A stretch of DNA of 64,000 nt from Chitinophaga pinensis (lineage in GTDB: Bacteria; Bacteroidota; Bacteroidia; UBA4408): assembly GCA_945861665.1 (NCBI GenBank), contig CAMAVS010000002.1, forward strand, positions 143,527 to 207,526, written 5' to 3'. Shown piece by piece: positions 37,345-47,568 of this stretch. The notes beneath the pieces are model-generated. The model made no database searches. It was not told where the DNA came from and worked only from the letters and a program-made list of their open reading frames with translations. The translations under genes and the position numbers were made by a program. Position 1 is the first letter of the stretch, and each line of letters starts with the position of its first letter.

Positions 37345-39675
37345 TTAATTCAAAAACAAAAGCTTACTTATGATTGTTTTTGATCCGTCTTCGCTCGCAC
37401 AAAAAATGGTATATACGCCACTCTGCGCCTTTGTGCCTTTTGTATCTCTTCCATTCCAAATTGCTTGTCCACCCAAGGCTTTTGTTTGAAAAATAAGTGT
37501 GCCGCTAATGTCTGTAATTTTTACATCCGCATTTTTAGTAAGGCCTTTTATGGCTATTGTACCTGTGTAGTCAGGCCTAACAGGATTCGGATAAGCAAAC
37601 ACTTCCTCTTTTACAAATTTGTCGGCACCATCGGTAGCGGTACTTTTGTACGAAACAATACCATTTGCGGTAGCAAAATATACTTGCCCGTTTTTACCAT
37701 TAATAGCAATTGACCTAATTTCGTCTGAAAACAAGGGGCTGTTTGCTGCCGTATAATGAGCCAACTGTTGAGTTCCATCGGCACTCATAAAATACACACC
37801 GCTATTTTGTGTTCCTATCCATTTTCTGTTAGCGCCATCAACAGCAATGGCTGTTACCAATTCTGTTTCCAGTAAATTTTGAACATATCCATCCTGCTCT
37901 AATTTTATTTGTTGGGCATCGAAACTGCCTGTTCCAAAAACAGCTATTGGAGAATAAAAAACAGAAATTCCTTTGTCGGTTCCTATCCACATCTGCCCAT
38001 CGGCATCTTCTGCCATTGCGCTTACGTCCGACCCTACAATTCCACCACTACCGGCAGTAAAATTGAGTTTTTTTATTTTGTCATCCGAAGGGTCGTCCAG
38101 CGTACTATTATCGTCATACACAAGTACCCCATTCCCATTCGGCAACATCATCCATTTTGGCCCACTAGACGTTGCAACAACATTTCCTACCAGCGTATTG
38201 TTGAGCTCGCTTCCACAGTCAAAAGCGGTAAAATTTCCATTTATGTCAAGTGCTTGCAAAGCATTTTTTGTATATGAATTGGTAAACCAAACAGTACCAC
38301 CCTTATCAAAGTCTAAGCCCCCAACGCCTATCCACCTAAACTCTGGTCGCTGTCGAAGTGTACTGTTTTTTTCGTTGTAAACAGCGCTTACTTTCCCTTC
38401 TTTTATTTCTATTAACCCATTGCTCCAAGAACCCGCAAAACATCTTTTCGGATCGTTAGGGTCTGCTAGCACAGTAATGATATCAAATAGGGTGTCTATT
38501 GCTACAGAAGTTTTATTCGTAACGTTTGTCCAGGAGCCATTATAGAATCCTGACACCCCATCAATGTTAAACAGGTTTCCCCAAGCTGCATCTTTGCTTC
38601 CGGGAGCCACCCACAAATTTCCATTTTCAACGGAAATAGCAGTAACGCTATTTGTGTTAGGGCCTTCCGGGGCAAACCTTTCGAATAAAAAAGGGCCATC
38701 GCCTTTCATTAAGGCGCTTTTTCGGTCTGCAATCCACTCTTTTCCTTCAGTGTCCAATACGCACTTAAGTGGCGCGAAACCAGGAAGGTCGGCTTGAAAA
38801 TAGTCGTAAATATGAACAACAGAAGCGAACGAGGCATCGTATACATCAATAAACTCATCGAAAGTAACCACTAGTTTGGAATTAAAAGCGCGGATGTTGT
38901 GACAGGTATTGCTGGTGTAGTTTTGCAATACAAGGGGAATGAGGATCGGTGTTGCAGGATCAAAAGTGTAAATTTTATCATTGTTGTATATGGAAGAATA
39001 TTTGTTTACTACAATGTTTCCATTAAACAATGCCATTGTGTTGAATGTTGAGTCGTTAAAAAACCGCGTCCACTGATTAAAATCAGATAAAAAAGTATTG
39101 TTTTTAGATGCGCGGTAAATCCCATCGTCTGTGGCTGCAAAAACATAATTGCCATCGGTTAATACATCTCTTACATTCACAGCAGCTCCATTTGTGCCAA
39201 TATAATAGGTGTCAGCAATTTCCTTTTTAACAATATTTAATTTTATGATACCAAATCCGCAAGCTAAATAAGCAAAATCTCCATCAAAAAAAATGTTGTT
39301 GACGCTTTTGTCGCCAAGTATTTGTTTACTTTTAATATCAGAGATGTTTACAACAACATCTTTTTCGAGCAAGTCTAAATTAGAATTAGCATATGCTACC
39401 ACCAACACCTTTCTGTCTTTGCTGTAATTAATGGCACTTACCCCAATATCCGACCATCCGTTTACTTTCGAAAGTCGCTCAATAGAGTTGTCGGATTTGC
39501 TATAGGAAAATAAATTTCCATTGGCTATGGCATACACCTTTTCTTCTGCGTCAGCAACGTCTAACCCTTTGTTATAAGACAGTTCAGGGCGCCACTGACC
39601 AATTTCAATGTCTTGCGAAAGGCAAGCTGAACAGTAAAGGGCGAAAAGAAAGGAAACACTTTTTTTAAAACGCAT
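37345..39675 (-). CDS. PorZ-like T9SS surface protein: beta-propeller (two-component-regulator-propeller repeats) plus a T9SS C-terminal sorting domain
   Basis: Signal peptide. Reg_prop-like repeats (DGQMWIGTDKGISVF, NRKWIGTQNSGVYFM, GQVYFATANGIVSYK). The C-terminus YPNPVRPDYTGTIAIKGL...GVYTIF...ISKLLFLN is a Por tail. 776 aa, comparable to PorZ. Confidence 0.5.
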   Translation of the reverse strand: MRFKKSVSFLFALYCSACLSQDIEIGQWRPELSYNKGLDVADAEEKVYAIANGNLFSYSKSDNSIERLSKVNGWSDIGVSAINYSKDRKVLVVAYANSNLDLLEKDVVVNISDIKSKQILGDKSVNNIFFDGDFAYLACGFGIIKLNIVKKEIADTYYIGTNGAAVNVRDVLTDGNYVFAATDDGIYRASKNNTFLSDFNQWTRFFNDSTFNTMALFNGNIVVNKYSSIYNNDKIYTFDPATPILIPLVLQNYTSNTCHNIRAFNSKLVVTFDEFIDVYDASFASVVHIYDYFQADLPGFAPLKCVLDTEGKEWIADRKSALMKGDGPFLFERFAPEGPNTNSVTAISVENGNLWVAPGSKDAAWGNLFNIDGVSGFYNGSWTNVTNKTSVAIDTLFDIITVLADPNDPKRCFAGSWSNGLIEIKEGKVSAVYNEKNSTLRQRPEFRWIGVGGLDFDKGGTVWFTNSYTKNALQALDINGNFTAFDCGSELNNTLVGNVVATSSGPKWMMLPNGNGVLVYDDNSTLDDPSDDKIKKLNFTAGSGGIVGSDVSAMAEDADGQMWIGTDKGISVFYSPIAVFGTGSFDAQQIKLEQDGYVQNLLETELVTAIAVDGANRKWIGTQNSGVYFMSADGTQQLAHYTAANSPLFSDEIRSIAINGKNGQVYFATANGIVSYKSTATDGADKFVKEEVFAYPNPVRPDYTGTIAIKGLTKNADVKITDISGTLIFQTKALGGQAIWNGRDTKGTKAQSGVYTIFCASEDGSKTIISKLLFLN

Positions 39676-39731
39676 ACAACAAAGTTACATTTTTAGAAAA
39701 CAGAAAGCTGCAAAAATTATTGTGTTTAGAA

Positions 39732-40583
39732 TTAAAAATTGTAATCTTTAAATTTTGTAGAAAACTCATCCTCGGCAAATTTAGGATTAATCACAATGGT
39801 AATATATTCGTAGCTTTCGAAAAGCCCCTTATCGTCATAAATTTTTATGTTCACCGGTAAGGATAGTTTTTTGTCGATATACATTATCATTTTCTTAGAA
39901 TAATAGGTTGGTGTGCTTATTTTTTCGCCCGCCTTTAGCTTTGTGTAATAACCCAACGCGGGATTGTTTTCAATCACCATAAATTCGCTTACAAACAATT
40001 TTCGTGCAATAGAAACAACCGTTTCTCCTTGTTTGGCAATGTAGTTGTAATGCTTAAATTCAGTGTTGTCAACAACCACTTTATAGCAATCGTGTCCGTT
40101 CCATTTTTCACTGGTATAACTACAATAGGTGTCAAACGCCCCCCCTCCTTGTTTCATAGAGCCGGCCAAAACGCTCGCCATATATGTAAATCCAAGTTCA
40201 TTGATAGTGTGATGCTGGTCCTTTCGTAAAAAATATCCGTAAGGGTCTAAGTTTAAATTAATGTATGGAAAAGCGTTTGGGTTTACCAGTGCATCCCCGT
40301 CATTCCAGCCTTGCGCCCAAAGTAATTCGGCTTCTATTTTTGGTATTTTTAAATATATTTTTCGAGGAGAAACGTTCAGTTTTACACGAGAGCCCGCAGC
40401 CAACATTTTATTGTCTACGCGTTCCGATATTTTCATCTCGTACCGTACCGTTTTTAAATTCATTGCTGCGCTAATCATTTTTTCTAATACTTCACGAGGT
40501 GTCTGGTCTTCCGCTTCTTTATAGGTAAAACCAACCAAAAGGGAAATGCTTAAAAGGATAAAAAGGGAGCGTTTCATAACCAA
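39732..40583 (-). CDS. Secreted hypothetical protein (DUF1571/LolA-like fold suspected) with a LysM-like segment
   Basis: Signal peptide. YIAKQGETVVSIARKLFVSEFMVIENNP resembles a LysM motif. There is no catalytic motif. Confidence 0.3.
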   Translation of the reverse strand: MVMKRSLFILLSISLLVGFTYKEAEDQTPREVLEKMISAAMNLKTVRYEMKISERVDNKMLAAGSRVKLNVSPRKIYLKIPKIEAELLWAQGWNDGDALVNPNAFPYINLNLDPYGYFLRKDQHHTINELGFTYMASVLAGSMKQGGGAFDTYCSYTSEKWNGHDCYKVVVDNTEFKHYNYIAKQGETVVSIARKLFVSEFMVIENNPALGYYTKLKAGEKISTPTYYSKKMIMYIDKKLSLPVNIKIYDDKGLFESYEYITIVINPKFAEDEFSTKFKDYNF

Positions 40584-40685
40584 AGCACGAATATAACCAT
40601 CCTTTTTGTTAAAATGCGCTAAATTTAAATGAATGACAGAAAATAGAAAGCTAAAAGCTATTTTTGCACGTTTATTGTTTGTTTT

Positions 40686-41996
40686 GTGAGAAAAAAAGTA
40701 TGCATTCCTATTGATTCGATTTACGAGGCAAAGTCTTTGTTGTTAACGTGGAGCAAACAGTATGATTGTGTTTGCTTTATGGATAGCAATAAAGCTGCTC
40801 AACAAAGCAAAGACGGTTATTCATCTTTTGATTTTATATTAGCGGTAGAATCCATTGAAGAAATTACACCCCAAGAAAACCCCTTTGAAAGTCTACTCGG
40901 CTTTTATAAGAAACAAAAGGATTGGATTTTTGGCTATTTGTCATACGAACTAAAAGACACAATTGAAAAGCTGTCTTCAGACAATACAGACAGAATAGGG
41001 TTTCCGGCATTACATTTTTTTTGTCCGCGTTTTATTTTTACAATTGAACAACAAAACTTATGCATTTGTTTTCGCTCGGAATTACAAACCGAAGCGTCTG
41101 TTTTAAAAGTAGTAAAAGATATTTTATCAAGCTCTACGAAAGAACAAAAAAGAGAACACGTTTCCATAGAAATAAAACAACGAATAAGCAGAGAAGAATA
41201 TTTAAAAGCCGTTAATAGTATTCAAATGCATATTCAAATCGGAGACGTTTACGAAATGAATTTTTGTCAGGAATTTTATGTTGAAGACGCGACAATAGAC
41301 GCGGGGGCTGTTTTTAAAAAATTAAATAAACTTTCAAAAGCCCCACTTTCGTGCTATTACAAACGGCATAAAAAACACCTTTTATGTGCAAGCCCTGAGC
41401 GCTATTTGAAAAAAACCGGAAATAAATTAATATCTCAACCCATAAAAGGCACAAGTAAAAGAGGTGCAACAATAAATGAAGACAGGCATCTCAAATCAGC
41501 CCTATTGAAAGACGAAAAAGAAAGAAGTGAAAATATTATGATTGTTGACCTTGTGCGAAATGATTTATCAAAAGTAGCAAAACGTGGGAGCGTTAAAGTA
41601 GAAGAGCTTTGTGAGTTATATTCATTTGAGCAGGTGCATCAACTTATTTCAACCATTAGCTGTGAGCTTGACAGCGATGTTAGCATTAGCGATATTTTAA
41701 AAAGTACATTTCCAATGGGCTCAATGACCGGTGCGCCCAAAATTAAAGCAATGCAATTAATTGAACAATATGAAGAAACGAAGAGAGGGTTGTACTCCGG
41801 TGCCGTTGGATATATAAGCCCTGAGGGCGATTTTGATTTTAATGTTGTTATTCGAAGTATACTTTACAATGAAAACGAACAGTACATTTCCTATATTGCA
41901 GGAAGCGCCATTACTTCAAAAAGTATTCCGGAAAAAGAATACGAGGAGTGTATGACAAAAGCGAAAGCAATGTATACAGTATTTTCAAATTCATAA
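40686..41996 (+). CDS. pabB: Aminodeoxychorismate synthase component I (chorismate-binding enzyme, PabB/TrpE family)
   Basis: The C-terminal chorismate-binding signature PIKGTSKRG...SENIMIVDLVRNDLSKV...FPMGSMTGAPKIKAMQLIEQYE...RGLYSGAVGY. Confidence 0.8.
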   Translation: MRKKVCIPIDSIYEAKSLLLTWSKQYDCVCFMDSNKAAQQSKDGYSSFDFILAVESIEEITPQENPFESLLGFYKKQKDWIFGYLSYELKDTIEKLSSDNTDRIGFPALHFFCPRFIFTIEQQNLCICFRSELQTEASVLKVVKDILSSSTKEQKREHVSIEIKQRISREEYLKAVNSIQMHIQIGDVYEMNFCQEFYVEDATIDAGAVFKKLNKLSKAPLSCYYKRHKKHLLCASPERYLKKTGNKLISQPIKGTSKRGATINEDRHLKSALLKDEKERSENIMIVDLVRNDLSKVAKRGSVKVEELCELYSFEQVHQLISTISCELDSDVSISDILKSTFPMGSMTGAPKIKAMQLIEQYEETKRGLYSGAVGYISPEGDFDFNVVIRSILYNENEQYISYIAGSAITSKSIPEKEYEECMTKAKAMYTVFSNS

Positions 41997-42005
41997 CTTT
42001 GTGCA

Positions 42006-43328
42006 ATGCAACAGCTTTTCGAATCATTTGTAAAAAAAGAAAAACTCATTGCTAAAAATGAAGTAGTATTGCTTGCTGTTAGTGGCGGTTGCGACTCAGT
42101 TGTTATGTGCAAACTTTTTCACGAATCAGGCCTTTCATTTGCCATTGCCCACTGCAACTTTCAGCTAAGAGGTAAAGAATCGGACGAGGACGAATTGTTT
42201 ATAAAGCAACTAGCAAAAAAATATAAAGCACCTTGTTTTTCAGTTCGTTTTGAAACAAAAAAACACGCAAAAAGTTCAGCCATTTCTACGCAAATGGCAG
42301 CCCGCGAGCTTCGCTATAAATGGTTTGAGGAAATAAGAAATAATAATAGTTTCGCAAAAACAGCAACAGCTCACCACCAAGATGATGTGGCAGAAACAGT
42401 CATAATTAATTTATTGCGAGGTTCAGGCATTGCTGGATTTCACGGCATTTCAGCTAAAAAGGGAAATATTGTTCGCCCCTTATTATTTGCCGACAGAAAA
42501 CAAATAGAAGCATTTGCAAAAAAGAATAAACTTGCTTTTAGAGAGGACAGTAGTAATAAAAGCGATGATTATTTGCGGAATAAAATTCGCCATAATATCA
42601 TTCCTTTATTGAAAGAAATAAATTCAAAGGCAAGCAAAACCATTTACGAGACTACCCTTAAAATAGCAGCTGCAGAGGAAATATACCGACAACAAATAGA
42701 AGCCGTTTCAAAAAGCACAGTGCAAAAAAGGGGAACGGGAACACATCTGTCAATCATCGAATTAAAAAAGCTGTCTCCGTTAAAAGCCTATTTGTATGAA
42801 TTGCTGGCGCCTTTTGGATTTAGCTCCGATGTTGCAAATAATGTTTGTGATTCGCTGCAATCTCATTCTGGGAAATTGTTTTTATCGTCAACCCACAGAG
42901 CCCTAAAAGACAGAGATAACATAATTATTACCCCAATAGAAGTGGCGGTTGACGAAACAGAATTCAAGATATCTTTAGGGGTTAAGCAAATAAACAAACC
43001 AATTACTTTGTCCATTAAAAAAGTAACAGTAAACGCATCTTTTAAAATATCTACAGATAAAAAAACAGCCTCTTTGGATGCCAAGAAATTAAAATTCCCG
43101 CTGATACTTCGTAAGTGGAAAAAGGGGGATTCGTTTTGCCCGCTTGGAATGAAACAAAAGAAAAAGCTAAGCGACTTTTTAATTGACACAAAAGCCTCTC
43201 TTTTTGAAAAGGAAAACGTGTATGTGTTGCTTTCCGATAACAAAATTTGTTGGCTGGTGGGAAAACGTGTTGATGATAGATTTAAAATCAATGAAAAGAC
43301 AAAAACCGCAATTCGGTTTTCAGTATAG
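42006..43328 (+). CDS. tilS: tRNA(Ile)-lysidine synthetase
   Basis: PP-loop LLAVSGGCDSVVM, 440 aa with a TilS C-terminal domain. Confidence 0.85.
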   Translation: MQQLFESFVKKEKLIAKNEVVLLAVSGGCDSVVMCKLFHESGLSFAIAHCNFQLRGKESDEDELFIKQLAKKYKAPCFSVRFETKKHAKSSAISTQMAARELRYKWFEEIRNNNSFAKTATAHHQDDVAETVIINLLRGSGIAGFHGISAKKGNIVRPLLFADRKQIEAFAKKNKLAFREDSSNKSDDYLRNKIRHNIIPLLKEINSKASKTIYETTLKIAAAEEIYRQQIEAVSKSTVQKRGTGTHLSIIELKKLSPLKAYLYELLAPFGFSSDVANNVCDSLQSHSGKLFLSSTHRALKDRDNIIITPIEVAVDETEFKISLGVKQINKPITLSIKKVTVNASFKISTDKKTASLDAKKLKFPLILRKWKKGDSFCPLGMKQKKKLSDFLIDTKASLFEKENVYVLLSDNKICWLVGKRVDDRFKINEKTKTAIRFSV

Positions 43329-43334
43329 CGAAAG

Positions 43335-43709
43335 CTATTTTATACCCAACTCCTCCACTGGACTCCAAAAAAGAGTTTTAAAATGTTTAACGACATCTTT
43401 TACTACAACAATATTTTCCTTCTCCAACAGTTTTTGCATTTCATCGGGCGATGCAAAATGATGTTTTCCGGTTAGCATTCCGTTTCGGTTCAGCACACGA
43501 TGAGCGGGAACGTATTCGTTTTGTTTATGTGCTGCGTTCATTGCCCAACCTACCATACGCGATGAACGTGCCGCCCCTAAATACTTAGCAATTGCTCCGT
43601 AGTTTGTAACGCGCCCTTTTGGAATAAGCCTCACTACGGCATACACGTCATCAAAAAACGAATAAGTGTTGTCGCTTAACTTCAATGTATCCCAAATTGG
43701 ATGTAACAA
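43335..43709 (-). CDS. Alkyltransferase-like (ATL) protein: an MGMT DNA-binding domain with Ala replacing the active-site Cys
   Basis: ...VYAVVRLIPKGRVTNYGAIAKYLGAARSSRMVGWAMNAAHKQNEYVPAHRVLNRNG follows the Ogt/MGMT C-terminal domain pattern, but the PCHRV motif reads PAHRV. The 5' end overlaps trmB by 28 nt. Confidence 0.55.
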   Translation of the reverse strand: MLHPIWDTLKLSDNTYSFFDDVYAVVRLIPKGRVTNYGAIAKYLGAARSSRMVGWAMNAAHKQNEYVPAHRVLNRNGMLTGKHHFASPDEMQKLLEKENIVVVKDVVKHFKTLFWSPVEELGIK

Positions 43710-44356
43710 ATTTTAAAACCCTTCACTGTGAATATGTTTTCATAATGTGTTCGAATGTTTTTTAACCAAGGTTGCTTTTCGGCTGAATCTTCATATAGGT
43801 CAGCTGTGTGGTCTAACAATTCAAGATTGTTTTCTTTTATCACTTGCAAGGTGTATTCATAAAAGGGGGCATTGTCGGTTTTTAATTGCAACAGCCCCCC
43901 TTTTTTTAATACTTTTCTGTAGCGCGCAAGAAATGGAGGCGAGGTCAATCTTTTTTTTTCACGACTTAGCTGTGGTTGTGGGTCGGGAAAAGTAATCCAT
44001 ATTTCATCCACCTCTTCAGGACTAAAAACGGTTTCAATATTTTCTATATGTGTTCGTACAAAGCCAACATTTTCCAATTTATTTTCCAGTGCAGTTTTTG
44101 CGCCTCGCCAAATACGATTACCCTTTAAGTCAAGTCCAATATAATTTTTGTTGGGGTTCGCTTCTGCCATACCAACAGTGTATTCGCCCTTGCCGCAGCC
44201 AAGCTCAATCACAATAGGGTTGCTGTTTTTAAAAAAAACATCTCGCCACTTTCCTTGCAAAGGATGAGGGTTAAGCACATCTCCGGTTTGCAAATGCTGA
44301 ACAACATTTGAGAAATCAACTATTTCCGCAAAACGCTGTAATTTTCTTTTCACCAC
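43682..44356 (-). CDS. trmB: tRNA (guanine46-N7)-methyltransferase
   Basis: SAM-binding LELGCGKGEYTVGMA and the TrmB pattern IWITFPDPQPQ, 224 aa. Confidence 0.85.
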   Translation of the reverse strand: MVKRKLQRFAEIVDFSNVVQHLQTGDVLNPHPLQGKWRDVFFKNSNPIVIELGCGKGEYTVGMAEANPNKNYIGLDLKGNRIWRGAKTALENKLENVGFVRTHIENIETVFSPEEVDEIWITFPDPQPQLSREKKRLTSPPFLARYRKVLKKGGLLQLKTDNAPFYEYTLQVIKENNLELLDHTADLYEDSAEKQPWLKNIRTHYENIFTVKGFKICYIQFGIH

Positions 44357-44436
44357 AAATTTTCTTTTTGCAAAGATAAAAAAGAAGACGTGACACGCGA
44401 AGCATTTATGAATTGCTATCTTCGTAATGCAATAAA

Positions 44437-45480
44437 ATGGAACTTAAAAAAAGCAAGGAACGTATTTTAATTTGTCCGCTTAACTGGGGCTTAGGTCACG
44501 CTACGCGGTGTATCCCCATTATTAATGAATTAATAAGGCAAGGGCATACCATTGTCGTTGCTGCCGATGAAGGGCCTTTGAAATTGTTGAAAAAAGAATT
44601 TCCAGATTTAGCATTCATTGTGTTTCCAAATTATAGTGTTCGCTATCCAAGTGGAAGGAATATGACTGTTTCAATGTTGCTTCAATCACCTCAAATTTTT
44701 TATTCCATTTACAAAGAGCACCTCCAATTAAAAAAAATAATTGCGCACAACAAAATCGATGTTGTTATTTCCGACAACAGATTTGGTTTGTGGAACAAGT
44801 ATGTAAAAAGCATTTTTATTACACATCAGCTATTTATAAAAACGCCTATTGCACAAGTGTTTACAAACGCAATCAATCATTGGTTCATAAAGCAATACGA
44901 TGAATGTTGGGTGCCCGATGCCGAAGGAGAAAATAATCTTTCCGGTGAACTAAGTCACCAACAAAAACAATTGCCCAATGTAAAATTTATTGGTGCATTA
45001 TCGCGATTCAACAAACAAGAAAACAGTCTTGAAAAAAAATGGGATGTTTTGGTAATCCTTTCGGGGCCCGAGCCGCAACGAAGCATTTTTGAAAATTTAG
45101 TTGTGCAACAATTAAAGCAAACAAGCCTTAAAACCCTTATTGTAAAAGGCGTTGTACGCGATGAAGAGGTGTGGGAAGAAATAAATTCGAACATTACATC
45201 TGTTTCGCATTTACCTACAAAACAATTAGAAACAGTCCTATTGAGTTCCGAAATAATTGTTTCGCGCAGTGGCTATTCTACTATAATGGATTTAGCAACA
45301 TTGGGTAAAAAAGCGATTTTTGTCCCTACTCCCGGACAAACAGAGCAGGAATATTTGGCGGAGCGTTTTATGAAAAAGGGTATTTGTTTTTCACAAACAC
45401 AAACTGAGTTTGATTTGGAGATTGCATTAAAAGAAAGTGAAAATCATACAGGTTTTAAAAATATTTTTGATAATAAATGA
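44437..45480 (+). CDS. GT-B fold glycosyltransferase (MurG-like / GT1-GT28 family), function unknown
   Basis: N-terminal GLGHATRCIPIINEL is the typical G-rich loop of MurG-like GT-B enzymes. 347 aa. Confidence 0.55.
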   Translation: MELKKSKERILICPLNWGLGHATRCIPIINELIRQGHTIVVAADEGPLKLLKKEFPDLAFIVFPNYSVRYPSGRNMTVSMLLQSPQIFYSIYKEHLQLKKIIAHNKIDVVISDNRFGLWNKYVKSIFITHQLFIKTPIAQVFTNAINHWFIKQYDECWVPDAEGENNLSGELSHQQKQLPNVKFIGALSRFNKQENSLEKKWDVLVILSGPEPQRSIFENLVVQQLKQTSLKTLIVKGVVRDEEVWEEINSNITSVSHLPTKQLETVLLSSEIIVSRSGYSTIMDLATLGKKAIFVPTPGQTEQEYLAERFMKKGICFSQTQTEFDLEIALKESENHTGFKNIFDNK

Positions 45481-45705
45481 GCTGCGATTCCAATGATATA
45501 GGGGTTTTGATTGCTTTTTTCGTCAAGGAAAAAAGTAATTGGAGTATGAGGCAAAGCCTCAGCAATATTTATTCTTTGATGCCAATGCGCATTAATCTTT
45601 TACCACTCAACAAGATTGCTTCTAAGCCGAAAAGGCTTATCGCAATGACGTAAAAAACGAACATTCTATCCATCTTTTCCCTATCTTTACCAATCATTTA
45701 AAGCA

Positions 45706-47568
45706 ATGTTCAAACAATACGACGTAATAGTAGTAGGCGCAGGTCACGCTGGATGCGAAGCAGCAGCGGCAGCAGCCAATATGGGCTCCAGCGTATTATT
45801 GGTTACAATGAATATGCAAACCATTGCACAAATGAGTTGTAATCCTGCAATGGGCGGTATTGCAAAAGGACAAATAGTACGAGAAATTGATGCCCTTGGT
45901 GGTTACTCAGGAATTGTTACCGACAAAACTGCTATACAATTCAGAATGCTTAATAGAAGCAAAGGCCCTGCTATGTGGAGCCCCCGTGTTCAAAGCGACC
46001 GACAACGTTTTGCCGAAGAGTGGCGCTTGATGTTGGAACAAAACGAGAATGTTGATTTTTGGCAAGATATGGTGAAAGGCTTGCTAGTAGAGGGTAATAA
46101 AGTTTGTGGAGTGCTAACGGGAATGGGCTTGGAAATAAGAAGCAAGTCGGTTATACTTACAAACGGCACATTTTTAAACGGACTCATACACATAGGCGAA
46201 AAGCAATTTGGTGGTGGCAGAACAGGCGAAAAAGCGGCAACCGGTATCACCGAGCAGCTGGTTTCTTTGGGCTTTGAAAGTGGCAGAATGAAAACAGGAA
46301 CGCCCCCCCGCCTGGACGGTAGAAGTTTGGATTGTTCTAAAATGGAAGTACAGGAAGGCGATGAAAATCCTGAAAAATTTTCTTATTCCGATACCAAGCC
46401 TTTAACGGAACAACGCCCTTGTCATATTACTTATACCAACGAAGCCGTGCACGAAATATTGCGCACAGGCTTTGAGCAATCGCCAATGTTTGCAGGTAGA
46501 ATAAAAGGATTAGGACCACGCTATTGCCCGAGTATAGAAGATAAAATAACACGCTTTGCCGAAAGAGAAAGACATCAAATTTTTGTGGAGCCCGAAGGGT
46601 GGAACACCGTTGAAATTTATGTAAACGGATTTTCTACTTCCCTGCCCGAAGATGTCCAATACAAGGCATTGTGCAAAATACCAGGCTTTGAAAATTGCAA
46701 AATGTTCCGACCTGGTTATGCTATAGAATACGATTATTTTCCACCGCAACAATTAAAATTAACCTTGGAAACAAAGTTGATTGACAACCTCTATTTTGCA
46801 GGACAAATAAACGGAACCACCGGTTACGAAGAAGCAGCTTGCCAAGGAATAATGGCAGGAATAAATGCTCATTTAAAAATAACCGAACGCGACCCTTTTG
46901 TGTTGCAACGCTCCGAAGCCTATATAGGAGTGCTTATTGACGACCTTGTAACCAAAGGAACTGATGAGCCATACCGTATGTTTACTTCGCGTGCTGAATA
47001 TAGAATTTTGTTGCGCCAAGACAATGCCGATTTGCGCCTGACTCCCAAAGCACACGAGTTGGGATTAGCAAGCAAGGAGCGTTTGGATAAAGTGAATGAA
47101 AAACTAAAACAGAGCAACGAAATTATTGCCTATTTCAAAAAAGAAAGCATCGACCCTACTGAAATAAATGCCGAATTGGAGGCATTGGGCTCTGCACCCC
47201 TCAACCAAAAAGTAAAATTGTACTCTGTGCTATCACGCCCTTTTGTGAATATGCAAACCTTTTGCAAAGGAAGCGAACGTATAAAAAATATGCTTGTAAA
47301 CTATAGCCACGAAGCCATAGAACAAGCGGAAATATTAATGAAGTACGAGGGCTATATACACAAGGAACACGAAATGGCAGAGAAATTATCGCGCTTGGAA
47401 GATTTAAAATTGCACGAAGATTTTGATTATAAATTGCTCTCTTCCCTCTCAGCCGAAGCACGTGAAAAATTACACCAAATAAAACCCCGCACCATTGGGC
47501 AAGCATCCCGCATAAGTGGCATTACGCCTTCGGATATTTCTATATTGATGGTATATTTAGGGAGGTAG
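45706..47568 (+). CDS. mnmG: tRNA uridine 5-carboxymethylaminomethyl modification enzyme MnmG (GidA)
   Basis: FAD motif YDVIVVGAGHAGCEAA and the full-length 620-aa MnmG pattern. Confidence 0.95.
   Translation: MFKQYDVIVVGAGHAGCEAAAAAANMGSSVLLVTMNMQTIAQMSCNPAMGGIAKGQIVREIDALGGYSGIVTDKTAIQFRMLNRSKGPAMWSPRVQSDRQRFAEEWRLMLEQNENVDFWQDMVKGLLVEGNKVCGVLTGMGLEIRSKSVILTNGTFLNGLIHIGEKQFGGGRTGEKAATGITEQLVSLGFESGRMKTGTPPRLDGRSLDCSKMEVQEGDENPEKFSYSDTKPLTEQRPCHITYTNEAVHEILRTGFEQSPMFAGRIKGLGPRYCPSIEDKITRFAERERHQIFVEPEGWNTVEIYVNGFSTSLPEDVQYKALCKIPGFENCKMFRPGYAIEYDYFPPQQLKLTLETKLIDNLYFAGQINGTTGYEEAACQGIMAGINAHLKITERDPFVLQRSEAYIGVLIDDLVTKGTDEPYRMFTSRAEYRILLRQDNADLRLTPKAHELGLASKERLDKVNEKLKQSNEIIAYFKKESIDPTEINAELEALGSAPLNQKVKLYSVLSRPFVNMQTFCKGSERIKNMLVNYSHEAIEQAEILMKYEGYIHKEHEMAEKLSRLEDLKLHEDFDYKLLSSLSAEAREKLHQIKPRTIGQASRISGITPSDISILMVYLGR

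Noticed and set aside
45566-45667. 33-aa hydrophobic minus-strand ORF (MDRMFVFYVIAISLFGLEAILLSGKRLMRIGIKE) in the mnmG upstream region
   Set aside because: No ribosome-binding-site context or conservation can be assessed. It may be a small membrane peptide, but it is indistinguishable from chance in AT-rich DNA.
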